Shown: positions 20,349 through 31,552, counted from the first letter of the stretch. The stretch: 64,000 nt of DNA from an uncultured Thermococci archaeon (GCA_964549615.1 CAZJVP010000011.1:32001-96000); one strand, 5' to 3'. Translations and numbers: made by a program. Notes: generated by a model not told the origin, from the sequence alone.

Positions 20349-20500
20349 GGAGAGCGCGAGTGGATCGGCGGCTCTTGAAGATTACCATCGTACACCGCCC
20401 CGGTCGCCGGACGTCTAACGTTTTCGGCATCTTCGGTGCTGCTACCTTGCCTGGACTATCCCTAGCGCGCTCAGATGCCAACCCTGGGCTTTCGCGCAAA

Positions 20501-21484
20501 CTAGATGCGCTTGGAGGGGGATTTGCGCACGAAGGTAAGCCAGTAGACCGCTATGGATCCAAGCGACCCGCCCACGATTGCGAATACGTTCCTGAGCAGG
20601 CAGGAAAGATTTGCCGCCCTCTCCCTGTCCTCGGCCGCCCTTCTCAACGAATCGATCGTCCGCGCCGTATGCTGGTAGAACTGCTCGGCCTTCGATACGC
20701 TATCCTGGAACTTCTGCTCGTTCGTCCAGACCCAGTACAGCGAGTTCGTGAAGAGTGTCCTGAATGCCGGTTCGTTGATGAAGAGGCCGAAGTAGCCTTG
20801 ACTCCTTTCGATGTCGTCCCCGCCGAAGGTTGCGAAGGTCACGGAGACGCCCTCGTCGCGGTACCTCACGAGAAGTGGCGCCCCGGTGCTCTGTTCCGTG
20901 AACAGCACCTTGTACTCGCCCGACTTGGGCCGTTTCTCCTCGAAGAGGCCCGATGAGAGGTTCCGGTGAAGGATGAACCTGTGATGGGCCGCACTGAAGC
21001 TCGAGATTCCCTCGGAGATCTCGTCCTCCTCGGCCTTGATGAAGCTGATGAAGGATTTCCTGGAGACGGGGTCGTAGGTGCCGGAACCATACGAGTTGCC
21101 GAATATGGGCAGGACGTCCTCCGAGGCGTTGCGGCTTGCCGACCACATGGTGGCGAAGCCCATTCCCACGATGCCACCCCCCTTGTTGAAGAACCACTCT
21201 AGGGTCGAGTTGAGATCTTGCCCGACGTCCCGCGCGAGGCTCACCACGATGGCTTTCACGTCCGGGAAGAACGCCGCGGCCCTGAACTCGTCCAACCGTT
21301 GACAGACCTGCACTCTCGCCTCGGCGAATCTGCCATCCTCCTCGATCACGGTTCGCAGGGCCTGGCCGTAAAGCGGTGCGGCGGGGCAGTAAATGAGTAT
21401 CACGGGCGCAACGGAGCTTTCGGCCCAGGCGACGAGGGATTGTGAGAGAACGAGCACCAACAGGAGGGCAATTCGCCTGGGCAT
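20501..21484 (-). CDS. Secreted GATase-like protein with helical stalk and C-terminal TM anchor (distant analogue of the paralog family)
   Basis: Signal peptide MPRRIALLLVLVL; FFNKGGGIVGMG; LFTNSLYW; coiled segment then TM and RKSPSKRI tail. Confidence 0.72.
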   Translation of the reverse strand: MPRRIALLLVLVLSQSLVAWAESSVAPVILIYCPAAPLYGQALRTVIEEDGRFAEARVQVCQRLDEFRAAAFFPDVKAIVVSLARDVGQDLNSTLEWFFNKGGGIVGMGFATMWSASRNASEDVLPIFGNSYGSGTYDPVSRKSFISFIKAEEDEISEGISSFSAAHHRFILHRNLSSGLFEEKRPKSGEYKVLFTEQSTGAPLLVRYRDEGVSVTFATFGGDDIERSQGYFGLFINEPAFRTLFTNSLYWVWTNEQKFQDSVSKAEQFYQHTARTIDSLRRAAEDRERAANLSCLLRNVFAIVGGSLGSIAVYWLTFVRKSPSKRI

Positions 21485-21591
21485 GCAGGCCCAGTCGTGC
21501 CTGGGTCCTGATAAGTCTTTCAACCCAACTCCGGCGGAGATCATCGGCCCCACCCGATTGCTCGAGGTGTAGAAGTAGTTATAAGAAAAGC

Positions 21592-22461
21592 ATGGGCAGC
21601 GGGAGGGGTCGGTTCTTGGTCGACACGAGACTCGTGGGCGTACTGGCAATCGCTGCGATAGTCTCGACCACCCTCTCCATCCTTGTCTTCAGCAGGGTGG
21701 ATGAAGAGAGGATAGAGGTTCTCAAAAACCACTGGGAAACTCCGACGGTGGGCGGGTGGTGGCACCTGCCTTTGGCCGAGGGTGCGGTTCCCTATACCCT
21801 CGGGGTCGTCGCGCGGAAGCCGTTGGGCCGGGTCTCGATAAGGTTCGGCGTGCTGAGAAACCAGTCCTTCAGCCTCAACTACACCGGCCTGCAGGGGCTA
21901 TCGGCTAGGGAGATCGCCTCAAGGGTCACGGAACTTTCATTTCTGGACTCTCGGGCCAGGGATTTAGCCCTTCACATGGATGTGAAGCCAATCGAGCACG
22001 AGGTCGATGCCACATTCGGCGGTGCTCGGCGGAGGGTGCTTGTGATCGATTACTATCCTTGCCTTGAGGCCCTGGTGGATCCGGGCTGGCCGCTGGAGGC
22101 ACCCTATCTCTTTGCCCTCGTCTTCGACGGATCAGGGAACCTTTCGCAGCTCTACTCCGGCTTCTGGGATTTCTTCGAGGCCTGCGCGGCGAGCGTGCCG
22201 GAGATCGCCATCCAGCTTAACGAGAAGATCACGAGGTACGCCAATGAGCAGAACATGGCCGAGGGCCGCCTGCCGATCAGCATGACCCGCGAGATGGTGG
22301 GAAAGGTCTCCTTCGACGACCTTAGGAGGGACGACCGCATATTCGTAAGCTTCAGGGTGAACGGCGCGGCCGTGCCCGGAGATGCGGCCTTCATGCAGAT
22401 CATACGCCTCGAAGTTGATGGGGAGTACCTAGACCCCCTGATCAACGTCCTGAGAAGGTGA
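21592..22461 (+). CDS. N-terminally membrane-anchored hypothetical protein
   Basis: Single TM LVGVLAIAAIVSTTLSILVF then soluble domain; divergent from 21484 gene across GTTATAAG. Confidence 0.68.
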   Translation: MGSGRGRFLVDTRLVGVLAIAAIVSTTLSILVFSRVDEERIEVLKNHWETPTVGGWWHLPLAEGAVPYTLGVVARKPLGRVSIRFGVLRNQSFSLNYTGLQGLSAREIASRVTELSFLDSRARDLALHMDVKPIEHEVDATFGGARRRVLVIDYYPCLEALVDPGWPLEAPYLFALVFDGSGNLSQLYSGFWDFFEACAASVPEIAIQLNEKITRYANEQNMAEGRLPISMTREMVGKVSFDDLRRDDRIFVSFRVNGAAVPGDAAFMQIIRLEVDGEYLDPLINVLRR

Positions 22462-22516
22462 GGCTCGGCTAGGATTTGGCGCTCCTTCGGGCTCCTCCTT
22501 GTGACTGGATGTGCCG

Positions 22517-23704
22517 CTACCTCTCGCCGAGACGCGTGACCGCGACCTCCCGATATAGCCTCCTTCGGATCATCACGGTCCAGAGGATGAATCCGCAGAC
22601 CATGCCCGTTGCCGTCACCGATAGCCACTCGATGACGAAGACCCAGAGCAGCGCCCTGTTCTTGGCCCTCATCATGTCATTGCTCAGCTGCCGCATGTCG
22701 TCGTTGGCGTCGGCCAGTATCTCGGTCGCCTTTGCCATGTCGCCGTCGACGAAGGCCTCTTCGGCGAGCAATCGCCTCCCCCTCGTCTCGCCAAGCTTGA
22801 CTTCGAATGGTCGAAGGTTGGCGCCGAAGCGGTCGACGAACTCTATGACGCTGATCGCCACCCTCACCTGTTCGTCCAACGCGGCGAAAAGCGCGCGCGC
22901 CTCATGGACAAGCTCCAGGTCATCCGGGAAGGGGAGGCCTGTGGCAAAGCAGAGATGGTTGAACACGTAGTCGGGAAGGTACCTCCAGAACCTCTTGACC
23001 TCGTCCGGCATGGTGTCCCAACCGTGGTCGTAGTGCAAGACCATACCATTCCCATAGGCCCGCGTGACGAAGGCGGGCGTCTTCCTCCCGCTCCAGACAG
23101 CCCATATCGTTGTGCCCTCCTTTGGGATCAGGTCACCGTGATGGCCCCAGTTGATGATGATCTTCTCCATGTCGGGGAAGTCCACCAAGGGTCCATGTGT
23201 GACTATCTCGTAGCGCTGCCTTCCCTTAATGGCTTCGATGCAGTTGGGATAAAGCTCCGCCGGGAACGCATCGTATAGGGTGGTCTCCTGCCAGTACTCC
23301 ATCCCGCACATCGAGACGCGTTGGGCGAACTCGACCAGTAGCAGCCCGATGCCCTCGTACACCCCCTTTCTGAACCATTCCAGGTAAGTGTCCGTGAGCA
23401 CCTTGGGCGAGAAGTCGTGGAAGATCATGACGTCTGTGCCCGAGACGAGGTCGCTGTACCTCCTAGGGAGGTAGGCCCTGGCGAACCTCACCGCCTCGTC
23501 GTATCCCAGAACCAAGATGGTGCAGGGGACCGTCCCGACGAGCTGGAACCTTGGGTCCGTCCCCAGCATGTCGATGAACATGTGGTTGTTCGCGACGACC
23601 TCGCCGACCCACAGGACCTTTTTCTTGCCATCGGTCCCTCCAAGCCCGCCGATGCACGGAATTGAGAGCAGCAAGAGAAGGACGGGCAGATGCTTTCTCG
23701 GCAC
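22517..23704 (-). CDS. Stalked membrane-anchored surface protein, family paralog 6
   Basis: TATA TTTATGTA ~25 nt upstream; signal peptide; RAYLPRRY; EFVDRFGANL; WVFVIEW...WTVMIRRRLYREVAVTR. Confidence 0.87.
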   Translation of the reverse strand: MPRKHLPVLLLLLSIPCIGGLGGTDGKKKVLWVGEVVANNHMFIDMLGTDPRFQLVGTVPCTILVLGYDEAVRFARAYLPRRYSDLVSGTDVMIFHDFSPKVLTDTYLEWFRKGVYEGIGLLLVEFAQRVSMCGMEYWQETTLYDAFPAELYPNCIEAIKGRQRYEIVTHGPLVDFPDMEKIIINWGHHGDLIPKEGTTIWAVWSGRKTPAFVTRAYGNGMVLHYDHGWDTMPDEVKRFWRYLPDYVFNHLCFATGLPFPDDLELVHEARALFAALDEQVRVAISVIEFVDRFGANLRPFEVKLGETRGRRLLAEEAFVDGDMAKATEILADANDDMRQLSNDMMRAKNRALLWVFVIEWLSVTATGMVCGFILWTVMIRRRLYREVAVTRLGER

Positions 23705-23854
23705 GGGGTGTCCCGAAAGCAGCCTAGTACATAAATCGCATCCCAGGCACCGTCCGAAGCCTTGACTCCCGAGGATGGATTCGGACCGGGTGGGTTCGAG
23801 CCTGCTAACTGCTTCCCAGCATCAAACCTGTTCGTGCTCAGCGCTTCCTCCCCG

Positions 23855-24802
23855 TCATAGACCCTCTCGGTCCACTGTGAGGAGGGCGGCCAGAATCGAC
23901 TGTGTGGCCATCGCGACGTTCGGGATATCGACCGATTCCGGCACATCGGTCTCAAGGTGGTAGTTCGGATCGGCGTAGGGATGGGACCCGACATTGGCGA
24001 TGGCAGCTGGGAAGCCCGCATTCACGAAGGAGCCGTCGTCGTCCCCGGGCTGCAGTCGCTTGTGGATTGACTGTTCCAGCCCGATGCCGTACTCCTCGTT
24101 CACCTCGCTCATCAGCTCGGCCAGTGGCCGCCCCTCGGGCATCGTGTAGAGCGTGGCATTCGTCTTTCGCCCGGCATCAACGTCGGCCTGTGGCTTCCCA
24201 CCCAAGGAGTCCGTGTTGAAGACCGCGATGATGTTGTCTCCTCGCGCCCCGGCAGCCTGTGCGGCCGTCACGCTGGTCCACGGAGTGTGCTCCTCGTTGC
24301 AGAAGAGGAACACGACCGAACGACGGGTCGCCTCGTGGGATAGGATGCGGGCCATCTCTATGAGCGCGACCGTCCCCACCGCGTTGTCGTATGCGCCCGG
24401 CGAGTCCAGCCAGCTTTGTGAGTCCTTGTGGGCACAGATTACGATGATTTCCTCCGGCCGCTCCGTGCCGGCCTTCCTTGCATACAGGTTGTGGGCCGTG
24501 TACCAGGGGTCCTTTGGATCGGGCTTGCCGTACTGGTGGGCCTTCGGTTTGGAAGGGTCACGGCGGTATGCCTGGACGCGCACGCCCTCCCTTTCGACCG
24601 CGTAGCCCCATCCCTCCAACTGCGCCTGAATGTAGTCATCAGCCTCGTCGAGGGTGCTCTCCTTGTGCCCGGGAAGGGTGCAATTAAGCTTGCGAAATGG
24701 TAGCGGGTGTTTGGAGAGGTAAAACAGGTCAGCGGAGAGGCGGGAGGCATCGATACCATCAATGAGTCGAGCGATCTTGTTGTCAGGCATGCCATGTGGC
24801 AC
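23855..24802 (-). CDS. M28 family metallopeptidase
   Basis: CAHKDS, GAYDNAVG, CNEE, NTD, YH Zn-ligand pattern. Confidence 0.85.
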   Translation of the reverse strand: MPHGMPDNKIARLIDGIDASRLSADLFYLSKHPLPFRKLNCTLPGHKESTLDEADDYIQAQLEGWGYAVEREGVRVQAYRRDPSKPKAHQYGKPDPKDPWYTAHNLYARKAGTERPEEIIVICAHKDSQSWLDSPGAYDNAVGTVALIEMARILSHEATRRSVVFLFCNEEHTPWTSVTAAQAAGARGDNIIAVFNTDSLGGKPQADVDAGRKTNATLYTMPEGRPLAELMSEVNEEYGIGLEQSIHKRLQPGDDDGSFVNAGFPAAIANVGSHPYADPNYHLETDVPESVDIPNVAMATQSILAALLTVDREGL

Positions 24803-24928
24803 CTCGGTGTTGATGCTCAGACATGCGCACCCAACTTCCTCGTCGCGGTCCCGTGTGTGCCCCGCTTTGTCGCTTGGGTCGGCGTCCAGGGGCCGGGACA
24901 GGCAACGGGTTGAGCGTCTTCGAGGGTC

Positions 24929-26167
24929 TCATGCCCGTCTTGTCACCCCCGCCTCCCTATACAACCGCCTCCTGACCATCAACGTCCAGGAGAGGAACGC
25001 TACGGCGCAAATTGTCCCGGTGACTGCCGACCACTCCACCGCGTAGACCCAGAACATGGCGCGTGCCTTGAGGATGATGGCCCTCTGCTCGACCCTATTG
25101 GTGAGGTCGAAGGCCTCCCGCAGAAGGGCTTGGGACGACTCGAAGTCCTGTGAAAGATATTCCTCCCCGGCACGCTCGACGAGCACGTCGGCCTCCGTTA
25201 TCTGCTCCTGCAGGCTCCGACTGCTGGCGCCGAACTTCTCGACGAAGTCCAGCAGGGAGTACAGGACCCCAGTCCTGAGAACGTAGTCCTTGAACCTACC
25301 TCTGAGGATGTGGACCAACATGGGGTCCGATGGCAGTTCCCTGCGGAGCGAGTACCAGACGATGTTGGTGAATATGTCCAGAGCATACCTCTCCTTGCCA
25401 TCTCCTCCCCACCAGTATCCCCACATGGGGCTGACGAACTGGTCGCCGGTAGCCCAGATCCTAGAAGCCCTGTCGCCGAACTCCCATGAAAGAAGGAGCG
25501 GACAGCTGGTCTTGCCGAGCTTGAAGGGTATGTCCTTTGCCCTGGCCCACTCCGTGGTACCTTCCTTGGGGAACAGCAGCCGGGTGTAGCCGAAGGGCTT
25601 GACGCTCTCGATGCCAAGGGCCTTGTACGGCCTGATCACCGGCGGGAGGGACGGATCGTCCACGATCTCCAGGTTGTAGGCCTCTATGTTGTCGAACGCC
25701 GTGGCGATGAACTTCTCCTGGTCGTGCGGAAAGGCCTTGGGCAGGTCGGAGCTCATCCAGGGGACGTACATCTCGGGATACGCGCTCTGTGTGAAGCCGA
25801 GTGCTCCAGTTCCCTCCTTCTCCAAAGCTCTGTACATCCACTCGATCTGCGCGGGGTCATGGTGTTGCAGATACGGCTGGTCGTAGACGAAGAAGTCGTA
25901 CGAGAGCAAGGCTTCGTACGATCGGGGCATATAGATCCGGATGAATCTGCGTAGCTCCTCGGTGGTGTAGATACCGGCATGGATGGACCTTGAGACCACG
26001 AGCGTGCCCTCCAGGGAGGGCTCGGCCCTGAGGAAGTCGGATATCGGGCTATAGCTGGGGTCGACCTGCCCCATGGCAAGTATGTTGATGACCCGCCTTC
26101 CACATGCGACAGAGGATCCCGAGAGGAGGACGGTGAGGGCTGCTAAGGCAGTCCAACGGGACTCCAC
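24929..26167 (-). CDS. Stalked membrane-anchored surface protein, family paralog 7
   Basis: GTG 26167 after CGAAATACATAAG; RIYMPRSY; DFVEKFGASS; WVYAVEW...WTLMVRRRLYREAGVTR. Confidence 0.87.
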   Translation of the reverse strand: MESRWTALAALTVLLSGSSVACGRRVINILAMGQVDPSYSPISDFLRAEPSLEGTLVVSRSIHAGIYTTEELRRFIRIYMPRSYEALLSYDFFVYDQPYLQHHDPAQIEWMYRALEKEGTGALGFTQSAYPEMYVPWMSSDLPKAFPHDQEKFIATAFDNIEAYNLEIVDDPSLPPVIRPYKALGIESVKPFGYTRLLFPKEGTTEWARAKDIPFKLGKTSCPLLLSWEFGDRASRIWATGDQFVSPMWGYWWGGDGKERYALDIFTNIVWYSLRRELPSDPMLVHILRGRFKDYVLRTGVLYSLLDFVEKFGASSRSLQEQITEADVLVERAGEEYLSQDFESSQALLREAFDLTNRVEQRAIILKARAMFWVYAVEWSAVTGTICAVAFLSWTLMVRRRLYREAGVTRRA

Positions 26168-26494
26168 GCGGGCCGCTGATGGGGTCTTGCCCTTATGTAT
26201 TTCGGGGGTGGCGTCCAACGGGAGCACTTGGTCAGCCTCGCGGTTCAGGCGGAGCGTAGGGGGACACGATCGCCGTCGACGCCCGGCAGATTGGTGCCTA
26301 GAAACGAGGACTCCAAGAGACGCCGCGTCTTGCTCGTCGTGGATGGGGAGACGGCTCTCCGCTGCACAAACCCCGCTTGCATCGTGAAACCTATATAGGA
26401 CCGCGAATCCGGACAAGCGGCGAGCTGGGTTCCACCAAGACGAGTGGAACTCCCTCTCGACAAAACTGGGAAGAGGGTTGAGACATTGGCGGAG

Positions 26495-26761
26495 ATGCCG
26501 ACGAGGATTGAGGCGCAGCGCAGCAAGGGCGCGACGAGGGTGCGTAAGCTGCTTGGAAAGGAAGTGGTGGGTTCCGACGGGAACAACGTTGGACGGCTTC
26601 ACGATCTCGCGCTGGATCCGGGTAGTTGGCAGGTCAGCGAGCTCGTGATTCGGAAAAGGAGAATCAAGCTCGGCAGGAAGATCGCGATCGGTGTTGGCGA
26701 CGTTGCTTCCGTCGGGGACAAAGTCTTGCTGAAGAATACGGCAGAATCATACTGGAAGTGA
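26495..26761 (+). CDS. PRC-barrel domain protein
   Basis: LLGKEVVGSDGNNVGRLHDLALD...VGDKVLL; palindromic TATA CCTATATAGG upstream. Confidence 0.85.
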   Translation: MPTRIEAQRSKGATRVRKLLGKEVVGSDGNNVGRLHDLALDPGSWQVSELVIRKRRIKLGRKIAIGVGDVASVGDKVLLKNTAESYWK

Positions 26762-26846
26762 TGCTCCCGGGCGATGAATCGCGCCACCAGCCTACCCCGG
26801 GGTCTGCGCCGGCGATCGCGTCCGCGGAAAGGGAAGCCGACGGACT

Positions 26847-27836
26847 ATGGATGCTCAAGGGCGCAAAGGGCCTGGGGGCGCGCTCTCTGCAGATCGCATC
26901 GTATTTGGGACCCTCGCGTTCTTGGCGATAACTCTTGCCGATGGCGTTTGCCCGGCAGATTCGCAGACTGTGAAGGATCGGGAAAGCAAGAGCTTTATCT
27001 GCGCCCCAAGACGTCGGCGGCCGACGCTGAAGATGAACGTCCGTTCCTGCCTTTATTGCGCAGACGTTCGGTGGAAAGCCCCGACGGCTGTTTGGATTTT
27101 CTTGCTAGTCCCCATCTGCGCCGATGCGGCGGAAACCTGCGGCAGCGTGGCCCCCGAGTCCATTTCCTTTGGGAAGCCGACGTGGCAGGTGCGGACGAAT
27201 GGGTGGATTTCCTGACCTCTAGGGGATTCTCGGTGGAGAAGTACTAGGCCCATGATGCGGACCTCATAGCGTCCCATGAACCGGACCTCATAATCGTGGG
27301 CAACGACACCGCCTCTGCATGGAGGGATGTCATCGACGTCAGGTCGGTCAGGGATCCAGGCAGGCCCGTCCTCGCCATAGGGAAGGGGAGCAGCTATTTC
27401 CACTGGGGAGCCAATCTGTCAATCGGCTGGCTCGCCTCGGGCGTCAATTTTGATCTCAGCCAGGTTTACGTGCCGGATCCCACCAGCCTGCTTTACGCCT
27501 CTCCCAATGCCATCGCTATCCCCCTGATGCCGTCGTCACGGTCCACCTTTCGGGCGTGCCTGCTGTGGTTCCTTGGATTCCATGCCTTCCCGGAAACGTC
27601 AGCATCCTTGCCAAGGACCCCGCCCATACTGAATATGCCACCATCTGCATGGAAGCCTCCCGGTACACGCAGCGAAGAAGCTGTTCGAGAACCTGATCTG
27701 GTACTGTCTGAGGGAGTATCCCGTGCCTGAGTTCAGCTCGCTTCTGCTTGTGTTCATCGGTGCCGCCGGGGTGCCTGCTGCTGGCGGCGTTCGTGTCTGC
27801 GCCGGGAAAGCCAGCCGGAAGAGCAGTATCGGGTAG
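26847..27836 (+). pseudogene. Disrupted secreted protein with PEF-CTERM-like sorting signal
   Basis: Signal-like IVFGTLAFLAITLA, in-frame TAG at 27245 and frameshifts; ends LFENLIWYCLREYPVPEFSSLLLVFIG (VPEF at 27723-27734). Confidence 0.6.
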
Positions 27837-28049
27837 CGCTCCGATGCGAAAGGGCTCATGGCAGTCGGGATCCCGTTCACGGTCGGGTCGTGGTCATGGC
27901 CTCGTTGGTAGGATCGTCAGCTCGGCTCGTTGGCAGGAATACCGGCCTTCGTTTCCGGACGACTAGCCAGGTAAGCGCAGGATGCTTGCAAAGGGATGGA
28001 CTGGGCGAAAGAAGAAGGGTCGGACTGGGAGGAAGTGGGGCCAAGAGGA

Positions 28050-29126
28050 TCAGTCGCTGGCCAGCCTTAGGATTTCCTGACCCTGCCTCCTTGACTTGGC
28101 CTCCATCGAGATCATGAAACGTTTGAGACCCTCGCCGAACTCCTCCTTCAATGCCTTCAGGTTCTCCACGGTATCGCAGGCGATGTATACGGCCTTGCCT
28201 GCATCGATGGTCTTGTGATAGATCGGCCACCATCTGGGGTGGCTCGGTGGCTCCCTGCCCCATCCGGGGGTCCACTGAAGGACTTTGAGCCTGGGTATGG
28301 AAAGGATGTGGTCGTGGTGCGGAAGAGCTCCCGGACCGTCCCAGTGGTACATGCAGTACGAGACGCGCTCGCACATCTCTTCAAGAACGGGGACCATGAA
28401 CTCAGCGAACATCGCGGGCGAGATCATGGCGGAGAAATCGCACTGGAACTTGGCCATTCGGCCCGGGGCCCAGGCCCAGAAGTGCGAGCCCCCGACCTCG
28501 TCCCGGAGCATATCGTAGAGAACATCGTAGTAGCGAAAGTAGCGATCGGTGATCTGGCGAAGGCAGCCCTTCACCCAATCCGGCCGTTGCCTCATATCCA
28601 GCAGCAGGTTCTTCGTGCCGCGCAGTGCGGCCAGCGTGTCCAGCCCCTCGATGAGGTCGGGGAAAGCGACCAAGAACTTGCCCTTGGCCAAGGCCAGTTG
28701 TGCGTTGGCCAGCCTCAGCGTGAAGTTCCAGTAGAAATTCTCAGGGTCGAAGTCAAACCTGGCGTCCTCGGGTCGATCGATGACGGGCTCGCACCAGACG
28801 GTGCCGGGGCCTTCCACTCCGCGGCACCCCAGGTAGAGCGCGAGGCAGTTCGGGGCCAGGTCTGGCGCAACCGTTGGGACGGCTTCCCCCATGAAGAGGG
28901 TGTTAACAAGTGCCCGCGCGGAGAGGTTGACGCGGTACTCGAAGTTGGTGGTGGAGTAGTTCGTGACCCATCCATCGGGTTCGCGCATCGCCTTGATGTT
29001 CTCAAGCGGCCTGCGGCGAGGAGCACGCAGCAGCATGACGGGGCGGCCGATGTCTCCACCTCTCCACCAGACGGTCAGCCTTTCGCGGACCTCATCCATA
29101 TCTTCACGGTAAAGGAGTCCGGCCAC
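28050..29126 (-). CDS. Uroporphyrinogen decarboxylase / MtaA-CmuA superfamily TIM-barrel protein
   Basis: DTLAALRG, QCDFSAMISP, YHWDGPGA, QWTPG motifs. Confidence 0.8.
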   Translation of the reverse strand: MAGLLYREDMDEVRERLTVWWRGGDIGRPVMLLRAPRRRPLENIKAMREPDGWVTNYSTTNFEYRVNLSARALVNTLFMGEAVPTVAPDLAPNCLALYLGCRGVEGPGTVWCEPVIDRPEDARFDFDPENFYWNFTLRLANAQLALAKGKFLVAFPDLIEGLDTLAALRGTKNLLLDMRQRPDWVKGCLRQITDRYFRYYDVLYDMLRDEVGGSHFWAWAPGRMAKFQCDFSAMISPAMFAEFMVPVLEEMCERVSYCMYHWDGPGALPHHDHILSIPRLKVLQWTPGWGREPPSHPRWWPIYHKTIDAGKAVYIACDTVENLKALKEEFGEGLKRFMISMEAKSRRQGQEILRLASD

Positions 29127-29439
29127 GATACTTCCCTCCAAGCTCTGGTTCGGGCCATGCCGCGGATTGGCGGGGCTCTCTTAACAGACATCAACCGTCT
29201 CAGGGTGCTCCCGTCAATCAACCGGGCCCTGAAAAAGGCAACGATCCTCCGAATGGGCACCGACACCCGGGCGTGCATCTTACTGTGGGTCTAGGCTGAT
29301 GTGTCATCACCTTTGCTAAACGGTTGGGTCTCTGTGCCGAATCACCCGCCGCGATTGCAGCCCATGTCCATTATAAGCCGCTTTGGTAAGGAGCGATCCC
29401 GGGCGAAATTGGCTTCTCGAAATGAACGGAGATGTTCCC

Positions 29440-31085
29440 ATGGGTACCAAGAGCCTGCAGGGTGCGCCGGCATCCCCTGGCGAAAACAGGGCCTCCGAAC
29501 AGCCTTTTGTCGGCGATGGACCGGGCGACGTAGTCCGCATCCCCCTGCCGTCGCCAATTGGGACCGCTCTGAGCCTCCCTGACGGGAGGATCATGCTTTG
29601 GCACACTGCGAGAAGAGGGGATGCGCAGTATGCCCTTGCTAGGTTCTCTCGTGATGACGACAACACATGGAGCGAGCCGCGCGTGCTGTTCGTCTTTCCC
29701 CAGAACGGAGGTCGGTTCGGCGGAGGCGCATCCCTCGTATCGCAGGGGGGACAATTCACCTCTTTGGCCTCGACTACTACAACTTCGATTTCCACAACAG
29801 GCGTGAATCCAAGAGCCTCCTGTGGCATGCCAGGTCCCTTGACGGGGCGCAGAGCTGGGAGCCGCTTCGGTACGTGGACTTCCGGCTGGCATATACCGGG
29901 GCGAGCAATTGTGCCTTCCAACTCAGGTCAGGGCGCATAATCGTGCCCGTCAGTGGGCTGTCGGACCGAAGGGTCGGGGCGTTCGTGAGCCTGGCGCCCT
30001 TCTCGGACGACGACGGCAAGACATGGAACCGGCCCGCCGAGCAGATAACGATAGCCACGGGGGCTCCTGACTGGTACGAATCCGGGGCCGTCGAGCCGGC
30101 CGGCATCGAGCTTACTGACGGCAGGGTATGGCTGCTGCTTCGATGGCAGGACGGCTACCAGTGGGAGACATTCTCCGAAGACGGCGGGATTCACTGGAGT
30201 CCTCCGAGGCACACGCGCTTCGTCAGCAATCAGTCGCCGATGGCCATCCTGCGGCTCAAGGACGGTCGTCTCATGCTTGTATGGAACAACTGCGGGGCGG
30301 AGGGGATGGGGAAGGTGCACTGGGGAAACGCTGAGCGGGCCGTCATGGCTGCCGCTTTGAGCCAAGATGAGGGCAGGACATGGAGAGGTTACCGCGAGGT
30401 GGCCAGGGTCACGGACAACGGTCAGGTCTCCTACCCCTAACTCACCGAAACCCGAAGCGGGCACATACTCCTTTCCGCGGTCCAGTCCTTCATGCGGATA
30501 GACCCCGACTTTTTGCTGAACACGAGCCTAGTTGAGGACTTCTCCCATGGCCTCGGCCGGTGGTCCACTCTGGGCACGAAAGGTGCCAAGGTCGTGGCAG
30601 ATCCTGAAGGAAGCGGAGGTGCGGCCCTATGGATGGCCAAGCCCGACGCGTCGATGCCGTCGGGAGCCTGTCTGAACTTCCCGTTTGGACGATCAGGGCA
30701 GCTTTCTGCTAGGCTTCGGATCGAGCAGGGCCTCGAGGCGGTGCACTTCACGCTGACCGATCACTACGATCTTCCAGGGCTTCCACGGGACGGAAGTTTT
30801 CCATTCAGGGTCCTCAAGTCGGGTCGAATACAGATCGTCGGAAGCGGGAGCAGCTGGCTTGCCACCCCGGGAGATCTCACGCCCGGTCGGTTTCACGACA
30901 TACGTCTGGAATGGAGCTGCGCCTCCGCTGAGGCGATCCTTTTCCGAGATGGCGGCGAGGTAGCCCGTCTGCATCAGTACGTTTGCGCCGAAGGGATGTG
31001 CTATCTCAGACTCCGGTGCCTGGCCAAGGACGTGGACGAGAAAGGCGTTTATCTGAAGAACTTGCGCGTGGAAGTAGTGCCCTGA
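29440..31085 (+). pseudogene. Sialidase-like (BNR/Asp-box) glycosidase, disrupted
   Basis: Asp boxes SRDDDNTW, SLDGAQSW, SDDDGKTW, SEDGGIHW, SQDEGRTW; frameshift near G6 run 29745-29750 and in-frame TAA at 30438 within SYP*L. Confidence 0.82.
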
Positions 31086-31279
31086 GCATCCGGGCGTTGC
31101 TGGCCCCAAATCCCAAACGCATCGGGGATTGAGAGCAACCATGGATGCCTAGTCTCTTGAAGCTCAGGGATTCCGATCAGCCGCACTCATCTCAAAGCCA
31201 AGACGTCCGAGGTGCACTCCCGCCCCTGCAGACCGTCCCAAGCCCAGGCCGACCTCACCGCCGTTCAGCGTCGCGGTCC

Positions 31280-31552
31280 CTACCGCTGCTCCTGCCTGCT
31301 CTCCTTCCTCTTGCCTTCGGACTTGAGGACCTTGCCTAGGATATCGAAGACAAGCCAGACGATGAATCCGTAGACGACGCCGTTGAAGACGGCCACGACC
31401 AACGTGGTAGCTGGAATGCCGAGAACCGGTTCCTCGATTTCCGGTACGCCCAAAAGCCCATAGATCGCCCTTCCGGGCGGCAGCTCGCGGTAAGCGAGAG
31501 TCACGAAAAGGAACAAGAGGAATGCCAAGACAAATATCACTGCGCCTCTCAT
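31280..31552 (-). CDS. Small membrane protein (2 TM)
   Basis: MRGAVIFVLAFLLFLFVTLAY...AVFNGVVYGFIVWLVF; TATA TTTTTAAA upstream. Confidence 0.75.
   Translation of the reverse strand: MRGAVIFVLAFLLFLFVTLAYRELPPGRAIYGLLGVPEIEEPVLGIPATTLVVAVFNGVVYGFIVWLVFDILGKVLKSEGKRKESRQEQR

Noticed and set aside
27245-27247. In-frame TAG as pyrrolysine readthrough
   Set aside because: The same gene carries frameshifts, so simple decay is more likely; no pyl genes in the window.
29745-29750. Phase variation or programmed frameshift at the G6 run
   Set aside because: The tract is short and the gene also has an in-frame TAA at 30438.
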